Positions 63,679 to 64,000 of a stretch of DNA of 64,000 nt are shown one piece after another; position 1 is the first letter of the stretch; each line of letters begins with the position of its first letter. Under the pieces are notes generated by a model. The model had not been told where the DNA came from. It did not search any database and saw only the letters and a program-made list of their open reading frames with translations. The stretch is from a virus. Its lineage: Duplodnaviria > Caudoviricetes. The translations under genes and the position numbers were made by a program. Location: positions 352,001-416,000 of the IMG/VR virus record IMGVR_UViG_3300035208_004923; one strand, given 5' to 3'.

Positions 63679-64000
63679 TATGTAATTTCAATAACGATTC
63701 AACTAATTCATTAACCATTTGTTCAAATGATTCACCATCTATGATTTTACCTGCAGTATAATGCAATTCACTTTTTTCAATAATTTCTCTAATCTTTTCT
63801 TCCATTTTATTTTTCATTAAATCCGAATAATGTTTCGATACATTCTTTTGCGTGCATTAATGATATGCCATATTTATTTGCAACAGTTGAATAACTTTTA
63901 TCTGTTATTTCAAGATGACAGTCACAATTAAAATTTTGTCCATGCATGTCATATGCCTTCGGAACAATTTTTAAAGTTGACCGAACGAGTCGATAAAAAT

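Larger units (their letters stand above)
1..64000. other. Jumbo-type phage genome segment (accessory/metabolic region), probable Bacteroidota host
   Basis: Dense short co-oriented ORFs with ATGA/TAATG overlaps, many homing endonucleases, auxiliary enzymes, no host housekeeping operons; TAnnTTTG-type promoters; no obvious Shine-Dalgarno motifs. Confidence 0.85.

Noticed and set aside
1-64000. Stop-codon reassignment (as in Lak or some crAss-like phages)
   Set aside because: Recognisable enzymes are full length in code 11 and TAG/TGA terminate genes at sensible positions
1-64000. tRNA or other structured ncRNA genes
   Set aside because: No cloverleaf or T-loop signature noticed, and the larger gaps translate as small ORFs; tRNAscan-SE/Infernal would be needed to exclude them

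Overview
AT-rich, densely coding segment of a large (jumbo-type) dsDNA phage accessory region, standard genetic code, with almost every gene on the minus strand. A Bacteroidota host is inferred from ten near-identical promoter repeats carrying TTG-N20-TAnnTTTG. No structural module, rRNA, tRNA or CRISPR array was seen. Recognisable genes: a C-terminally truncated pyruvate phosphate dikinase, CoaE, a 5'-truncated UvrD helicase, an IMPDH/GMP reductase fractured by a naturally split intein with a free-standing endonuclease between the halves, an RNA-repair/translation-rescue cluster (Smr, Pth2, HD-kinase, HNH-RNA ligase), Sir2, GT25 and GT2 glycosyltransferases, LpxH-like, SPFH, M42 and M16 peptidases, a 2H phosphoesterase and six homing-type endonucleases. 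Main unexplained structure: (1) eleven otherwise unrelated ORFs share an N-terminal M-x-x-R-I-P-x-[LF]-D-E-x-I-N-E leader resembling the T4 internal-protein capsid-targeting/cleavage sequence; (2) three GIY-YIG-like nucleases carry 5, 6 and 9 tandem 32-aa repeats with hypervariable positions, two have their own small regulator gene, and one sits between an orphaned 5' end of a gene and a diverged replacement copy; (3) three distinct promoter-like motif classes. All calls come from reading motifs by eye; no searches were run.
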